From positions 1 through 43,756 of the forward strand of contig JAFWFT010000016.1 in assembly GCA_017515505.1 (NCBI GenBank): a stretch of DNA of 43,756 bases, read 5' to 3'. A model generated the notes under the pieces. That model saw only the letters and a program-made list of their open reading frames with translations. It did not search any database and was not told where the DNA came from. The stretch is from Solobacterium sp. Its GTDB lineage: Bacteria > Bacillota_I > Bacilli_A > Erysipelotrichales > Erysipelotrichaceae. Position numbers and translations under genes: made by a program. Shown here piece after piece: positions 28,104 through 38,534 of this stretch (its first letter is position 1; every line of letters begins with the position of its first letter).

Positions 28104-29293
28104 CGAAAAGACTATTTATTGAATGTAATATGGGTGTTGCGGGAGATATGTTGACTGCGGCTCTCATAAATCTATTTGACGATGAGGGAGCGATTGTCAA
28201 CGAATTAAATGAATTAAAGATTCCAGGAGTTACATATGAATTAGAAAAAATTAGTAAAGCAGGTATCTTAAGTAATGGAATGAAAGTGATTGTGAATGGA
28301 GAAATAGAAGATGATCACCATCACGATCATAGCCATGAACATCACCATTCATCTATGCATGATATTGAACATATCATTAATGACCATATTCAAGTAAGTG
28401 ATACAGTGAAAAAACATGTATTAGATGTCTATCAAAAAATCGCAGAAGCAGAAAGTAAAGTCCATAATACAAGTGTAAGTGAAGTACATTTTCATGAAGT
28501 AGGAATGATGGATGCGATTGCGGATATTACAGCCGTTTGTTATTTGATTGATAAACTTAAGGTTGATGAAATTATCGTTTCTCCAATTCATGTTGGAAGA
28601 GGATTTGTGGAATGTGCGCATGGGATTCTGCCAGTTCCAGCTCCTGCAACCGCACTACTTTTAGAAGGAGTACCAATCTACAGTGATGAAAGAGTGGAAG
28701 GGGAACTTTGTACACCAACAGGTGCAGCACTCGTCAAACATTTCGCGAATAGTTATAAATCACTTCCAACAATGAAGATCAAAAAGATTGGATATGGAAG
28801 TGGAAAAAGAGAATTTGCATTACCTAGTTTTGTGAGATGTTTTTTAGGAGAAAGTAGCGAAACTGATCGTAGTGTAGTTGAGTTAAGCTTCAATGTGGAT
28901 GATATGACGGGAGAAGAAATGGGATACGCAACGCAAAAACTTATTGAACACGGCGCATATGAAGTATATACCACTGCGATTAATATGAAAAAGAATCGTC
29001 CAGGCATTCTATTTACAATCATTTGTTCAGAAGAAAAACGAGATGAAATGGTAGAACTTATCTTCCGTCATACAACAACCGTTGGGATGAGAGAGAGTCG
29101 AATGTCTAGACATATTTTAGAGCGTGAAGAAGAAGTGATGGATGTAAATGGAGAAACCATTCGTGTTAAGAAATCGCATGGCTATGGAGTTGAAAAAGAA
29201 AAAATAGAATATGAAGATATTGCTCGTCTGTCAGATAAAGATAATGCAGACCTATATACAGTTAGAAAAACACTATCAAAGTTTTTGAAGTAA
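28103..29293 (+). CDS. larC: Nickel-pincer cofactor biosynthesis protein LarC
   Basis: GVAGDM, His-rich tract, HFHEVG..DAIADI, CAHGILPVPAPAT, GELCTPTGAA, MKKNRPG, KIEYEDI. The homologous start falls on ACG at 28103; the first ATG is at 28130. Confidence 0.92.
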   Translation, partial: TKRLFIECNMGVAGDMLTAALINLFDDEGAIVNELNELKIPGVTYELEKISKAGILSNGMKVIVNGEIEDDHHHDHSHEHHHSSMHDIEHIINDHIQVSDTVKKHVLDVYQKIAEAESKVHNTSVSEVHFHEVGMMDAIADITAVCYLIDKLKVDEIIVSPIHVGRGFVECAHGILPVPAPATALLLEGVPIYSDERVEGELCTPTGAALVKHFANSYKSLPTMKIKKIGYGSGKREFALPSFVRCFLGESSETDRSVVELSFNVDDMTGEEMGYATQKLIEHGAYEVYTTAINMKKNRPGILFTIICSEEKRDEMVELIFRHTTTVGMRESRMSRHILEREEEVMDVNGETIRVKKSHGYGVEKEKIEYEDIARLSDKDNADLYTVRKTLSKFLK

Positions 29294-29302
29294 AGGAGTA
29301 TT

Positions 29303-29896
29303 ATGCAAGCATTTAGAAACAAAGATTATTTTTCATTTGAATCCATTCGCGACAAAAATAATGAAGTCGTATGCTATCACGTAACCGTTATTGGAACCAT
29401 CGAAAAAGATGGGGAGACTCGAATACGTTCGGGTATTGGCACAACTGGCGACAAGAGAATGGCATTTGGTAAGATTACGGTCTACAACAATGATCGTAAG
29501 ATTAATGTCTTATTACGTGAAACGAATTCACGTTGCTATTATCATTCTACAACGATTGATGGAGAGCCATACAATATCATCAGTTTTGCGGCGAATGAAA
29601 AACATGCAGAAGAGATTTATAACTTTAATGTTGGAGATCGTGTTCTCATTGAAGGGCGTGCGTATATTCGTAATGTACCAGAAGGACAAGAAGGTCGTTT
29701 GCCAGAATTAAGTATTACCGTCGTCAGTTCATTTGTGTTAGGTAGACGTAGAAGAGCACAAATTGATTTAGTTCCACAAGAGGGCATTGAAGAAGGAGTA
29801 ACCTATGTTGATCCATTAGCTCCACGTATGGTTGAAGATGATGAAGCACCAATGGGGAATATTGAACCTCAAGAAGGAGTAGGCGAACTCGAATGA
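29303..29896 (+). CDS. Divergent OB-fold/SSB-like protein with an acidic C-terminal tail
   Basis: VTVIGTIEKDGETR, AEEIYNFNVGDRVLIEGRAYIR and ELSITV follow the SSB strand pattern. AAAGGAG RBS present. Confidence 0.55.
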   Translation: MQAFRNKDYFSFESIRDKNNEVVCYHVTVIGTIEKDGETRIRSGIGTTGDKRMAFGKITVYNNDRKINVLLRETNSRCYYHSTTIDGEPYNIISFAANEKHAEEIYNFNVGDRVLIEGRAYIRNVPEGQEGRLPELSITVVSSFVLGRRRRAQIDLVPQEGIEEGVTYVDPLAPRMVEDDEAPMGNIEPQEGVGELE

Positions 29897-31380
29897 GAAA
29901 AAACTCTGGTATCTTACTACCAATTAGTTCATTGCCTTCTCCATATGGGATTGGGACACTCGGAAAAGAAGCAAAACAATTCATTGATTTTTTAAGCGAT
30001 ACCAAACAGACCTATTGGCAAATTCTTCCGATTGGTCCAACTGGTTATGGGGATTCACCATATTCTTCTTTTTCCTCCTTTGCGGGAAATCCATATTTCA
30101 TTGATTTTAATGATTTAGTCAAAAGAGGATATCTAAAGAAGAGTGAGTTTTCTACGATTAAGTGGAGTCATAAAACAAGTGAAGTAGATTATGAAAGACT
30201 TTATCGAAATCGTTTTCTTGTTTTAAGACATACCGTGAAACGAGTAATGAGAAAATCAAAAGAATCTTTTGAATCTTTTGTGGAAGACGAAAAAGATTGG
30301 TTAGTTGACTACGCATTATTCATGGTGATTAAGAATCTATGTGAAGGAAAACCAATCGAAGAATGGCCAGAAAAATTCCGCAAAAGGGATAAGAAAGAAT
30401 TAAAGCGAATTCAAGAAGAATATAAAGATGAGATTATCTTTTATGAAATCATTCAATACTTATTCTTTACTCAATGGAAAGAGTTAAAAGAGTATGCGAA
30501 TCAAAAAGGAATACAGATTATTGGAGATTTACCAATTTATGTCGCAAGGGATAGTGTTGAAGTATGGTCTAGTCCACATGTATTCCAATTAGATGAAGAT
30601 TTAAGAGTTAAGAAAATTGCAGGATGTCCACCAGATGCGTATGCACCAGATGGACAACTATGGGGAAATCCTTTGTATGATTGGAAGTACTTGAAAAGAA
30701 CAAAGTATCAATGGTGGATGAAACGGATTCATCAACAATTACGGTTCTATGATGTATTACGTCTAGATCACTTTAGAGGATTCGAATCCTACTTTGTAAT
30801 TGATGCTAATGAAGAGACGGCACGTAATGGAGTATGGAAGAAAGGACCAAGCAGTCATTTCATTCAAGCAATAAGAAAAGAATTTAAAAATATCTCAATC
30901 ATTGCAGAAGACTTAGGTTTCTTAACGCCAGAAGTCAAACAAATGCTGAAGGATAGTACATTTCCAGGCATGAAAGTCGTTGAATTTGCGTTTGATGAGC
31001 TTAGTTTAGACAACGATTACTTACCACATCATTATCCAAGTAACTGTGTTGCGTATCTTGGAACACATGACAATGATACTGTCATGGGATGGATGAAAAA
31101 TTTATCTAAGGAAACCTATCAATTCGCTAAGAAGTATTACCAAGTAAAAACAAAAAAAGAACTCTATCATGCGATGGTTAATTCATTATTTGAATCAAAA
31201 GCGAAAACCGTTATCATTCAACTTCAAGATTACCTATTATTAGATAGTAAAGCACGCATTAATACACCATCGACTCTAGGAGGTAATTGGCTTTGGAGAA
31301 TGAAACCAAATCAAATAACTTCAAAAGAGAAAAAAGATATAAAGGAGTTAACAGAGCGTTATCATCGGGAAAGGAAATAA
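29893..31380 (+). CDS. malQ: 4-alpha-glucanotransferase (GH77)
   Basis: SGILLPISSLPS, WQILPIGPT, SPYSSFSSFAGNP, GDLPIYV, GQLWGNPLY, RLDHFRGF, IAEDLG, GTHDNDT. Confidence 0.96.
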   Translation: MRKNSGILLPISSLPSPYGIGTLGKEAKQFIDFLSDTKQTYWQILPIGPTGYGDSPYSSFSSFAGNPYFIDFNDLVKRGYLKKSEFSTIKWSHKTSEVDYERLYRNRFLVLRHTVKRVMRKSKESFESFVEDEKDWLVDYALFMVIKNLCEGKPIEEWPEKFRKRDKKELKRIQEEYKDEIIFYEIIQYLFFTQWKELKEYANQKGIQIIGDLPIYVARDSVEVWSSPHVFQLDEDLRVKKIAGCPPDAYAPDGQLWGNPLYDWKYLKRTKYQWWMKRIHQQLRFYDVLRLDHFRGFESYFVIDANEETARNGVWKKGPSSHFIQAIRKEFKNISIIAEDLGFLTPEVKQMLKDSTFPGMKVVEFAFDELSLDNDYLPHHYPSNCVAYLGTHDNDTVMGWMKNLSKETYQFAKKYYQVKTKKELYHAMVNSLFESKAKTVIIQLQDYLLLDSKARINTPSTLGGNWLWRMKPNQITSKEKKDIKELTERYHRERK

Positions 31381-31384
31381 AACT

Positions 31385-32557
31385 ATGTATGAAGATTTAA
31401 AACAGAAGTTTGAAAAACAATATGGCTCACAGCCTGATTTTATTGCGTCTGCACCTGGGAGAACAGAACTCAGTGGTAATCATACAGATCACCAACATGG
31501 ACTCGTAATTGCAGGAGCAGTCAATCGTGAAACGCTCGCGGCTGTAAAAGCAAACCATACAATGGAAGTTCATTTATTATCAGAAGGATATGAACCTTTT
31601 ACAGTTGATTTAAATGACTTATCAATTCATGAAGAACAATTTGGGACACCAATGTCCTTAATACGTGGTGCTGCGAAAAGAATGAGTGAATTAGGAACTT
31701 CTATTCAAGGGTTTGATGCGTATGTGATATCTGAAGTATTAAGTGGAAGTGGATTATCTTCTTCGGCAGCGTTTGAAGTATTAATTGGCGTCATCTTTAA
31801 TCATCTTACCGGAGCAAAACTTGAAGCGTGTGAAATCGCAAAGATTGGCCAATACGCAGAAAATGTTTATTTTGGGAAGCCGTGTGGATTAATGGATCAG
31901 ATGGCTTCAGCAGTTGGAAATATGATTGCGATTGATTTTAAGGATTCTGACCAAGTTATGATTACACCTCTTGATTTTGATTTTGATCAAAGTGGATACG
32001 CGCTTTGTATTATTGATTCTGGTGCATCACATGAAGACTTAACAGATGAATACGCAGCTATCACAAGAGAATTAAAAGATGTATGTAAAGTGTTTGATAA
32101 AAATGTATTGCGTGAAATACCAGAGGACGAATTCTATGAGCGAATTAAAGAAGTTCGAGAAGTTGCGGGAGATCGTGGAGTCTTGCGAGCTGTTCATATC
32201 TATAATGAGAATGAACGTGTCATAAAACAAATTAAAGCACTCCAAGAAAATGATTTTGACACATTCTTAAAGTACGTAAAAGAATCTGGACAATCTTCTT
32301 GGTGTTTATTACAGAATGTGATACCGACTGGAAATACCTCTCATCAAGATGTTGCATTTGCACTATCATTAGCTGAAAAAACATTAAACGGAAAAGGTGC
32401 CTGCCGTGTACATGGTGGTGGTTTTGCGGGAACTATTCAAGCATTTGTTCCAAAAGAAGATGTTGATTCTTTTAAAAAAGAAATGGAAAGAGTATTAGGT
32501 GAGGGGAAATGCCATGTCATGAAGATTCGACATGAAGGAGGAGTTATTAAAGAATGA
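31385..32557 (+). CDS. galK: Galactokinase
   Basis: APGRTELSGNHTDHQ, GSGLSSSAA, GKPCGLMDQ, RVHGGGFAG. Confidence 0.92.
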   Translation: MYEDLKQKFEKQYGSQPDFIASAPGRTELSGNHTDHQHGLVIAGAVNRETLAAVKANHTMEVHLLSEGYEPFTVDLNDLSIHEEQFGTPMSLIRGAAKRMSELGTSIQGFDAYVISEVLSGSGLSSSAAFEVLIGVIFNHLTGAKLEACEIAKIGQYAENVYFGKPCGLMDQMASAVGNMIAIDFKDSDQVMITPLDFDFDQSGYALCIIDSGASHEDLTDEYAAITRELKDVCKVFDKNVLREIPEDEFYERIKEVREVAGDRGVLRAVHIYNENERVIKQIKALQENDFDTFLKYVKESGQSSWCLLQNVIPTGNTSHQDVAFALSLAEKTLNGKGACRVHGGGFAGTIQAFVPKEDVDSFKKEMERVLGEGKCHVMKIRHEGGVIKE

Positions 32558-33477
32558 TTGTGCGTAATCCGTTTGGAGAATATGAATTAATCACTATTCA
32601 TAATGAACATCTTGAAATCTCTGTTATGACTTTAGGTGCAACTATTCAACAGTTGAAAGTTGATGGAAAAGATATGATTTTAGGTTTCGCAACGCCTGAA
32701 GAATACTTGAATGCGGAAGGATATATAGGTGCGATTGTAGGAAGATACGCAAATCGTATTAAAGGCGCATCATTTACATTAAACGGAAAAGAATATTTAT
32801 TAACTGCCAATGAGAATGGAAACCAACTTCATGGAGGACCAAATGCGTTTGATCGACAAAGATGGGATGTCGAAATCGTGGATGAGATGACTGTTCAATT
32901 CTCATTATTTTCTGAAGATGGACATAATGGATATCCAGGAAATCTAAACACAAAAGTCACTTATCATATTGACGATTATGAGCTACGCATAGATTTTGAA
33001 GGAACATCCGATCAAGATACAATCTTCGCTCCTACAACGCATATGTATTTCTCATTAGGAAGTGAAGATACAATTCTGGATACTAAGTTATGGATAAATG
33101 CCGATTATTATCTTCCTGTAGACGAAGAAAATATTCCACATGATCAAGAAAAATGTGAGGGAGTATTTAACTTTAAAGAATTAAGAGAAATCGAAAATGA
33201 TTATGATCATTGTTTTATCTTGAATGGGGAACATGCGTTAACTGCGAAAAGAGAGAATATAACGCTTGATCTTTATACAGACTATCCAGGAATACAACTT
33301 TATACAGGAATCTTTCTAACAAATGGATTTCATAAGAATCAGGGATTTGCGATTGAACCAGAATTCTTCCCAAATACCCCAAATCGTCCTGACTTTCCAT
33401 CCTGTGTATTGAAAAAGGGAGAAACCTATCATAAATACGTTTTGTATCAATTTAAAAAACAGGATGATGTAGATTAA
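32554..33477 (+). CDS. galM: Aldose 1-epimerase (galactose mutarotase)
   Basis: GAIVGRYANRIKGA, LHGG, GYPGNL, TTHMYF, YDHCF, QLYTG, FAIEPEFFPNTPN. Confidence 0.92.
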   Translation: MIVRNPFGEYELITIHNEHLEISVMTLGATIQQLKVDGKDMILGFATPEEYLNAEGYIGAIVGRYANRIKGASFTLNGKEYLLTANENGNQLHGGPNAFDRQRWDVEIVDEMTVQFSLFSEDGHNGYPGNLNTKVTYHIDDYELRIDFEGTSDQDTIFAPTTHMYFSLGSEDTILDTKLWINADYYLPVDEENIPHDQEKCEGVFNFKELREIENDYDHCFILNGEHALTAKRENITLDLYTDYPGIQLYTGIFLTNGFHKNQGFAIEPEFFPNTPNRPDFPSCVLKKGETYHKYVLYQFKKQDDVD

Positions 33478-33599
33478 ATATTCATGAATTGGAAAAACGA
33501 CAGATGAATATCATCTCAAAATTGCGAGGCAATTTGATTATAAGTATAGGAATTAAAATGTGATAAACTAATAAATAGTAAAATATATGGAGGCTGTTT

Positions 33600-34520
33600 A
33601 TGAACCAATATTTAGATATTAATCCTGAAGTTAAAGAAGCTTTAGAACAAGGGAAACCTGTTGTGGCTTTAGAATCCACGATTATTTCACATGGGATGCC
33701 TTATCCACAAAATGTGGAAACAGCACTTAATGTTGAAAAGATTATTCGTGAAGAAGGAGCGATTCCTGCGACCATTGCGATTATTGGTGGGCGTTTAAAA
33801 GCGGGATTAACACCAGAAGAAATTGAATACTTTGGTAAAAAGGGAACAGAAATCACAAAAGCATCTCGTAGAGACTTAGCTGCCTTATGTGCCAAGGGAG
33901 AAGATGGAGCTACTACTGTTACCACAACGATGATGATTGCGCATATGGCAGGTATTAAATTATTTGCGACAGGTGGGATTGGTGGAGTTCACCGTGGTGC
34001 AGAAACCACAATGGATATTTCTGCCGACTTAGAAGAACTCGCAAATACACCAGTTATGGTTGTATGTGCAGGTGCGAAAGCAATCCTTAATCTACAACTC
34101 ACGCTAGAATATTTAGAAACGCATGGTGTCCCTGTAGTAGGATATGGAACAAAAGAATTACCAGCCTTCTATTCTAGACATTCTGGTTTAGAAGTAGACT
34201 ATCGTATGGATACACCAGAAGAGATAGCGAAACTATTTAAATCGCAAACAGATTTAGGTTTACGTGGAGGAATCTTAGTGACTAATCCAATTCCTGAAGA
34301 GTATTCAATGGATGACACTATTATCAATAAAGCGATTGATCAAGCAATTAATGAATTAGAAGAGAAGGGAATCCACGGGAAAGAAAGTACACCATTTTTG
34401 CTTGCACGTGTTAAAGAACTAACAGGTGGAGATAGTTTGGATTCTAATATTCAACTAGTTTATAATAATGCTAGACTTGCAAGTCGAATTGCGAAAGCAT
34501 ATGTAGAATTATCAAAGTAG
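33600..34520 (+). CDS. psuG: Pseudouridine-5'-phosphate glycosidase
   Basis: VVALESTIISHGMPYPQN, KASRRDL, GATTV, ATGGIGGVHRG, DISADL, GKESTPFLL. Confidence 0.95.
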   Translation: MNQYLDINPEVKEALEQGKPVVALESTIISHGMPYPQNVETALNVEKIIREEGAIPATIAIIGGRLKAGLTPEEIEYFGKKGTEITKASRRDLAALCAKGEDGATTVTTTMMIAHMAGIKLFATGGIGGVHRGAETTMDISADLEELANTPVMVVCAGAKAILNLQLTLEYLETHGVPVVGYGTKELPAFYSRHSGLEVDYRMDTPEEIAKLFKSQTDLGLRGGILVTNPIPEEYSMDDTIINKAIDQAINELEEKGIHGKESTPFLLARVKELTGGDSLDSNIQLVYNNARLASRIAKAYVELSK

Positions 34521-34534
34521 AAAAGAGGGATTGT

Positions 34535-34975
34535 ATGTTTAAGAAATTAAATGCACAAAAAGTAATTCACTTTTTCTCAGTTATTGAATTAATCTATGGC
34601 ATTTTATTCTTGGTGGTAGCAGGATTATTCATTGCGGGATTATCGTATGTGAGTTCGCAAGATGCAACAATTGCGCAAAGAGTATCTAAAAGCTTTCCAG
34701 ATCTTGTGTTTCCGCTAGTAAAATCGATTATTAATGCGATTCTTATATTTGTACAATGGCGAGCACTAAAAACATTATCAAAAGATGCGAGTAAACATCA
34801 TCACGCTTGGGTCATCACATTATTCGTTATTGCATTTGAAATCATGAACTTCATCACCAACTTAACAGTAGGTGTTCCAAGAGGATTTGGAACATTAGTC
34901 TCATCGATTATCATTAACTTAATCATTCTATATTTTATTACACAAGTAAACGCACAAGCACAAACAAATGCATAA
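34535..34975 (+). CDS. Hypothetical membrane protein (about 4 TM segments)
   Basis: 146 aa with four hydrophobic segments and an AGAGGG RBS. Confidence 0.75.
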   Translation: MFKKLNAQKVIHFFSVIELIYGILFLVVAGLFIAGLSYVSSQDATIAQRVSKSFPDLVFPLVKSIINAILIFVQWRALKTLSKDASKHHHAWVITLFVIAFEIMNFITNLTVGVPRGFGTLVSSIIINLIILYFITQVNAQAQTNA

Positions 34976-34976
34976 T

Positions 34977-35006
34977 AAAATGGAGATTCAATAGAATCTC
35001 CATTTT
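34977..35006. terminator. Bidirectional Rho-independent terminator
   Basis: aaaatggagattc-aata-gaatctccatttt is a perfect inverted repeat between convergent genes. Confidence 0.88.
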
Positions 35007-35008
35007 CG

Positions 35009-37627
35009 TTAATTCATATGTTCTTCAATACGTTGTGTTGTGAGTTCTCTTTGGTAAGCATCTGTTAAGACACCGAAGTAGACAACATCACAATTTTTTA
35101 ATGATTCATCCTGAACAGATAAGCGAGCAGGATCCGTTACAATTAATAAATTTGAATCTGCTTCTGTATGAGAGAATGATCCGTCACTTTCATTAAAGTA
35201 ATCAAAATAGAAGTTAAGTCGATCTCCAGACTTGAAATCTGTATAACCTTTGGATGTATATGCCGTTTCATCGCTTGCTAGAGTATAGCCAAGAATTGTA
35301 GCAGTTCTTGCTTGATTTTCACCTTCTTTGATTGGTTCCCATTCAAGATAGATAATAATATCATCTTTGAAGTTCAATTTAGCTTTAGTGGTACCTGTAA
35401 AGATTGTTGTTCCATCATCTGTTAAACGAGATTGTCCAGCTTCATAATTGATGAGATGTCCATTCATATAGATCCACTTGTCATCGAATCCAATATATTT
35501 ACTTCCATCTTCCCCATCAAATCCAATATAGTCTTTCCCGAGAGAACGTAGTTTTCCATCTTTTGTTTTTTGGAAGACAGCCACTTTCGTATCAACGATA
35601 ATCTTTTGGATTTTTTCTGGAAGTTCAACACGATAATATCCATCTGGTGTTTCAACAAGTGGTAAGTCCACAAATTCTTCAGTTGAATCATAGTTTTCAA
35701 ACCCTGGTACATACCATTCTTGATAAGTATAATCCATCTCAATTCCTAGAGCTGTGGAGAAGATATTACTGCTATCTGGTTTACCTTTTTGTTGGGCAGC
35801 AACGATGCTGAAGTAATCATTGAGGAAATTCATCTGCTCGTTCATGTTGAATGCTTTTAATTGTTTATATACAGCATCATAATTCATTAGAAATTGTACA
35901 GGGAAAGTAAATGACATACCATAGATACCTTCAGCAGAATTCTTATTTTGATAAGGAATCATCGCAAGAACATAATCCGCAACACCCAGACATGCATCTT
36001 CTGCGCAAATCTTTCCTCTATAGTCAACGGAATCAAGAATACGTAAGTAGTTGACGAGATCAATTTGTTCATTGTTGTGGAATGTATATGCTTTGTTGGC
36101 GGCTAATGCAATTTCTGCGAAGGATTCACCATCTTCTTTAATTGCATCATCACTCGCTTTGAGTACTTTTAATAGTTCTTCATAAACAGGTTTTACCATT
36201 GTTAAGTCAACGATTGATAATGTGGATTGTGAATCAACTTTGCCATCTTTAGCAATCGTGTTATAAACGTCGAATGCGGAGATTAATTCTTTTGCAAATT
36301 CGAGGGTAGGTATTGTTGGATCTTGTGCAAGTTTACCGAAGGCACTTGTATATGTCCAACCCAGACCACTTTCAACTTCTTCAGAAGCAAGATAGTAATC
36401 GGCATATGGTTCAATTGCGAAAGCTGTTTCAAGGTTTTGCATTAAACAAGCATCAAATCCGATTAAATCAAACTTCACGCCCGCATTCTTTAGAGCATTC
36501 GCAAATTCACTTACATACATTGTATCTTGACCCGCACGTTTATTGAGATTATCTATTCCATATCCTAATGAGAAGCCTCCTCCATGATCCCAAAGAACTA
36601 ACATGTAACGATCGGCAGGATATGCTTTTGTTGCCCAAACAATGAAATCTTCTAATTGTTTTGGGTCACTTAAACTTAATGTTGGATCAATTTCATCGAT
36701 GTATGTTAATTTTCCGTTTTTGATGAGATAACGACCATTCGCATTTTCTTCAATTCCAGATGTAAACCAACGGCTAGAACCACCTGCTTGTAAAACGAAG
36801 GATAAGTGATCACCTTGTTTGGTTGCATCAATCATTTGATTGAGGTTTGCCGTTGCTAAACCATGCGCATTTTCTAAGTCTGAACCAACAATATAACTTA
36901 AAACAACGACATTTTCATCTTTTGAATGATCTTTAAAGAAGTAATCACGACTATGCGGGATTGTATCAATAATGGAAGCATTTGCACCAAGTGCTTCTTC
37001 ACGAGATAAAATATTACCATCGGCTTTTACATCTTTTGTTTCATTGTAAATCTCACGTTGTAAATTGTTCACCATGAATCTTGGCATGATAGACTGCATC
37101 GCGAAAAAGGCAATTCCACCAGAAATCACAAGAACTTCTGCGACTGCAAGTGTTGTAATCAAACCATTTTTCATCTTGGTAATGAAGTTTTGGTTTTCTT
37201 CTTCAAAGACAGGTTTTTGGAAAGTACCATTAAAACTGACTAAGAATAAGAAGATAGGCGAGAAGATTAACATAGGAATGAGTAATAAAATCGATTTATT
37301 AAAAGCTTTTCTTAAACGTAAGTATAAACGAAATAAGAAGCCAGAATAGACAATAATTGCGGCGATGATAAAGAGTTTACCCATTCCTCTCATTGGTCCC
37401 ATATAGAAACCAGCTAAGACAAATGCCATCGTAATCGCAAATGGGCGATAGAATGTACGCATCTTTTCAAATAAGAACTTAGATAGATGCCATTCTGCAA
37501 AGAAAGGAATAATTGCATAGGATGTATCCTCTTTCATTGCTTTTAATACAAAATAGTATCCGATGGACTGTAACAACCAAGCGAGTAGCCATAGATACTT
37601 ATCACCAACTAAAACAAGTATTCCCAT
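35009..37627 (-). CDS. Clostripain-related cysteine peptidase (C11) with an N-terminal polytopic membrane domain
   Basis: YIVGSDLE, YPADRYMLVLWDHGGG (catalytic His), FDLIGFDACLM (catalytic Cys), ASEEVESGLGW, and about 5 N-terminal TM helices. GGAGG sits 8 nt before the ATG at 37627, favoured over the TTG at 37633. Confidence 0.88.
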   Translation of the reverse strand: MGILVLVGDKYLWLLAWLLQSIGYYFVLKAMKEDTSYAIIPFFAEWHLSKFLFEKMRTFYRPFAITMAFVLAGFYMGPMRGMGKLFIIAAIIVYSGFLFRLYLRLRKAFNKSILLLIPMLIFSPIFLFLVSFNGTFQKPVFEEENQNFITKMKNGLITTLAVAEVLVISGGIAFFAMQSIMPRFMVNNLQREIYNETKDVKADGNILSREEALGANASIIDTIPHSRDYFFKDHSKDENVVVLSYIVGSDLENAHGLATANLNQMIDATKQGDHLSFVLQAGGSSRWFTSGIEENANGRYLIKNGKLTYIDEIDPTLSLSDPKQLEDFIVWATKAYPADRYMLVLWDHGGGFSLGYGIDNLNKRAGQDTMYVSEFANALKNAGVKFDLIGFDACLMQNLETAFAIEPYADYYLASEEVESGLGWTYTSAFGKLAQDPTIPTLEFAKELISAFDVYNTIAKDGKVDSQSTLSIVDLTMVKPVYEELLKVLKASDDAIKEDGESFAEIALAANKAYTFHNNEQIDLVNYLRILDSVDYRGKICAEDACLGVADYVLAMIPYQNKNSAEGIYGMSFTFPVQFLMNYDAVYKQLKAFNMNEQMNFLNDYFSIVAAQQKGKPDSSNIFSTALGIEMDYTYQEWYVPGFENYDSTEEFVDLPLVETPDGYYRVELPEKIQKIIVDTKVAVFQKTKDGKLRSLGKDYIGFDGEDGSKYIGFDDKWIYMNGHLINYEAGQSRLTDDGTTIFTGTTKAKLNFKDDIIIYLEWEPIKEGENQARTATILGYTLASDETAYTSKGYTDFKSGDRLNFYFDYFNESDGSFSHTEADSNLLIVTDPARLSVQDESLKNCDVVYFGVLTDAYQRELTTQRIEEHMN

Positions 37628-37745
37628 ATTCAAATCCTCCCCATTTAAATATTCATGTATATTATAATACTTTTTTTCTTATAACTCTTAATTGAGTTTA
37701 TACATAAAATAGAATATATTTATAGATGGAAATAGGAGGTAACGT

Positions 37746-38498
37746 ATGGGTTACAAATTAGTATTAGTTAGACATGGTGAAAGTGAATGGAATAAGTTAA
37801 ATCTATTTACTGGATGGACAGATGTTGATTTAACCGAAACAGGTCATGAAGAAGCAAAACAAGGTGGTAAATTATTAAAAGAAGCAGGCTTCCACTTTGA
37901 TGTATGTTATACATCTTATCTAAAAAGAGCGATTCATACAGCGAATCACATCCTTGAAGAATTAGATGAAGAATGGATTCCAATGATTAAGCATTGGCGT
38001 TTAAATGAAAGACATTATGGTGCTTTACAAGGATTAAATAAAGCAGAAACAGCTGAAAAGTATGGACAAGAACAAGTTACACTTTGGAGACGTTCTTATG
38101 ATGTACAACCACCAGCGTTAGAAGAAAATGATGAACGTAACCCAGGAAATCAACCTGCGTATCATGAAGTCGATAAGAAAGATCTTCCATTAACAGAATG
38201 TTTAAAAGACTGTGTCGCTAGAGTTGTTCCTTACTATGAAGGTGAAATTAAACCAGCGATGGCTGCAGGGAAGAATGTCATTGTAGTCGCACATGGTAAC
38301 TCATTACGTTCACTTGTAAAATACTTAGATAATATTTCGGATGAAGAAATTATTAGTTTAAATATTCCTACTGGAGTTCCTCTCGTATATGAATTAGATG
38401 ATGAATTCAAACCATTAAATCATTATTACTTAGGAAACCAAGAAGAACTCGCTGCGAAAATTAATGCAGTCGCAAATCAAGCAAACGCTAAGAAATAA
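37746..38498 (+). CDS. gpmA: 2,3-bisphosphoglycerate-dependent phosphoglycerate mutase
   Basis: [45 protein letters not shown]. Confidence 0.96.
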   Translation: MGYKLVLVRHGESEWNKLNLFTGWTDVDLTETGHEEAKQGGKLLKEAGFHFDVCYTSYLKRAIHTANHILEELDEEWIPMIKHWRLNERHYGALQGLNKAETAEKYGQEQVTLWRRSYDVQPPALEENDERNPGNQPAYHEVDKKDLPLTECLKDCVARVVPYYEGEIKPAMAAGKNVIVVAHGNSLRSLVKYLDNISDEEIISLNIPTGVPLVYELDDEFKPLNHYYLGNQEELAAKINAVANQANAKK

Positions 38499-38500
38499 AT

Positions 38501-38533
38501 AAAAATGCCTAGATTTCAAATCTAGGTATTTTT
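38501..38533. terminator. Bidirectional Rho-independent terminator
   Basis: Inverted repeat aaaaatgcctagattt-c-aaatctaggtattttt between convergent genes. Confidence 0.85.
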
Positions 38534-38534
38534 C

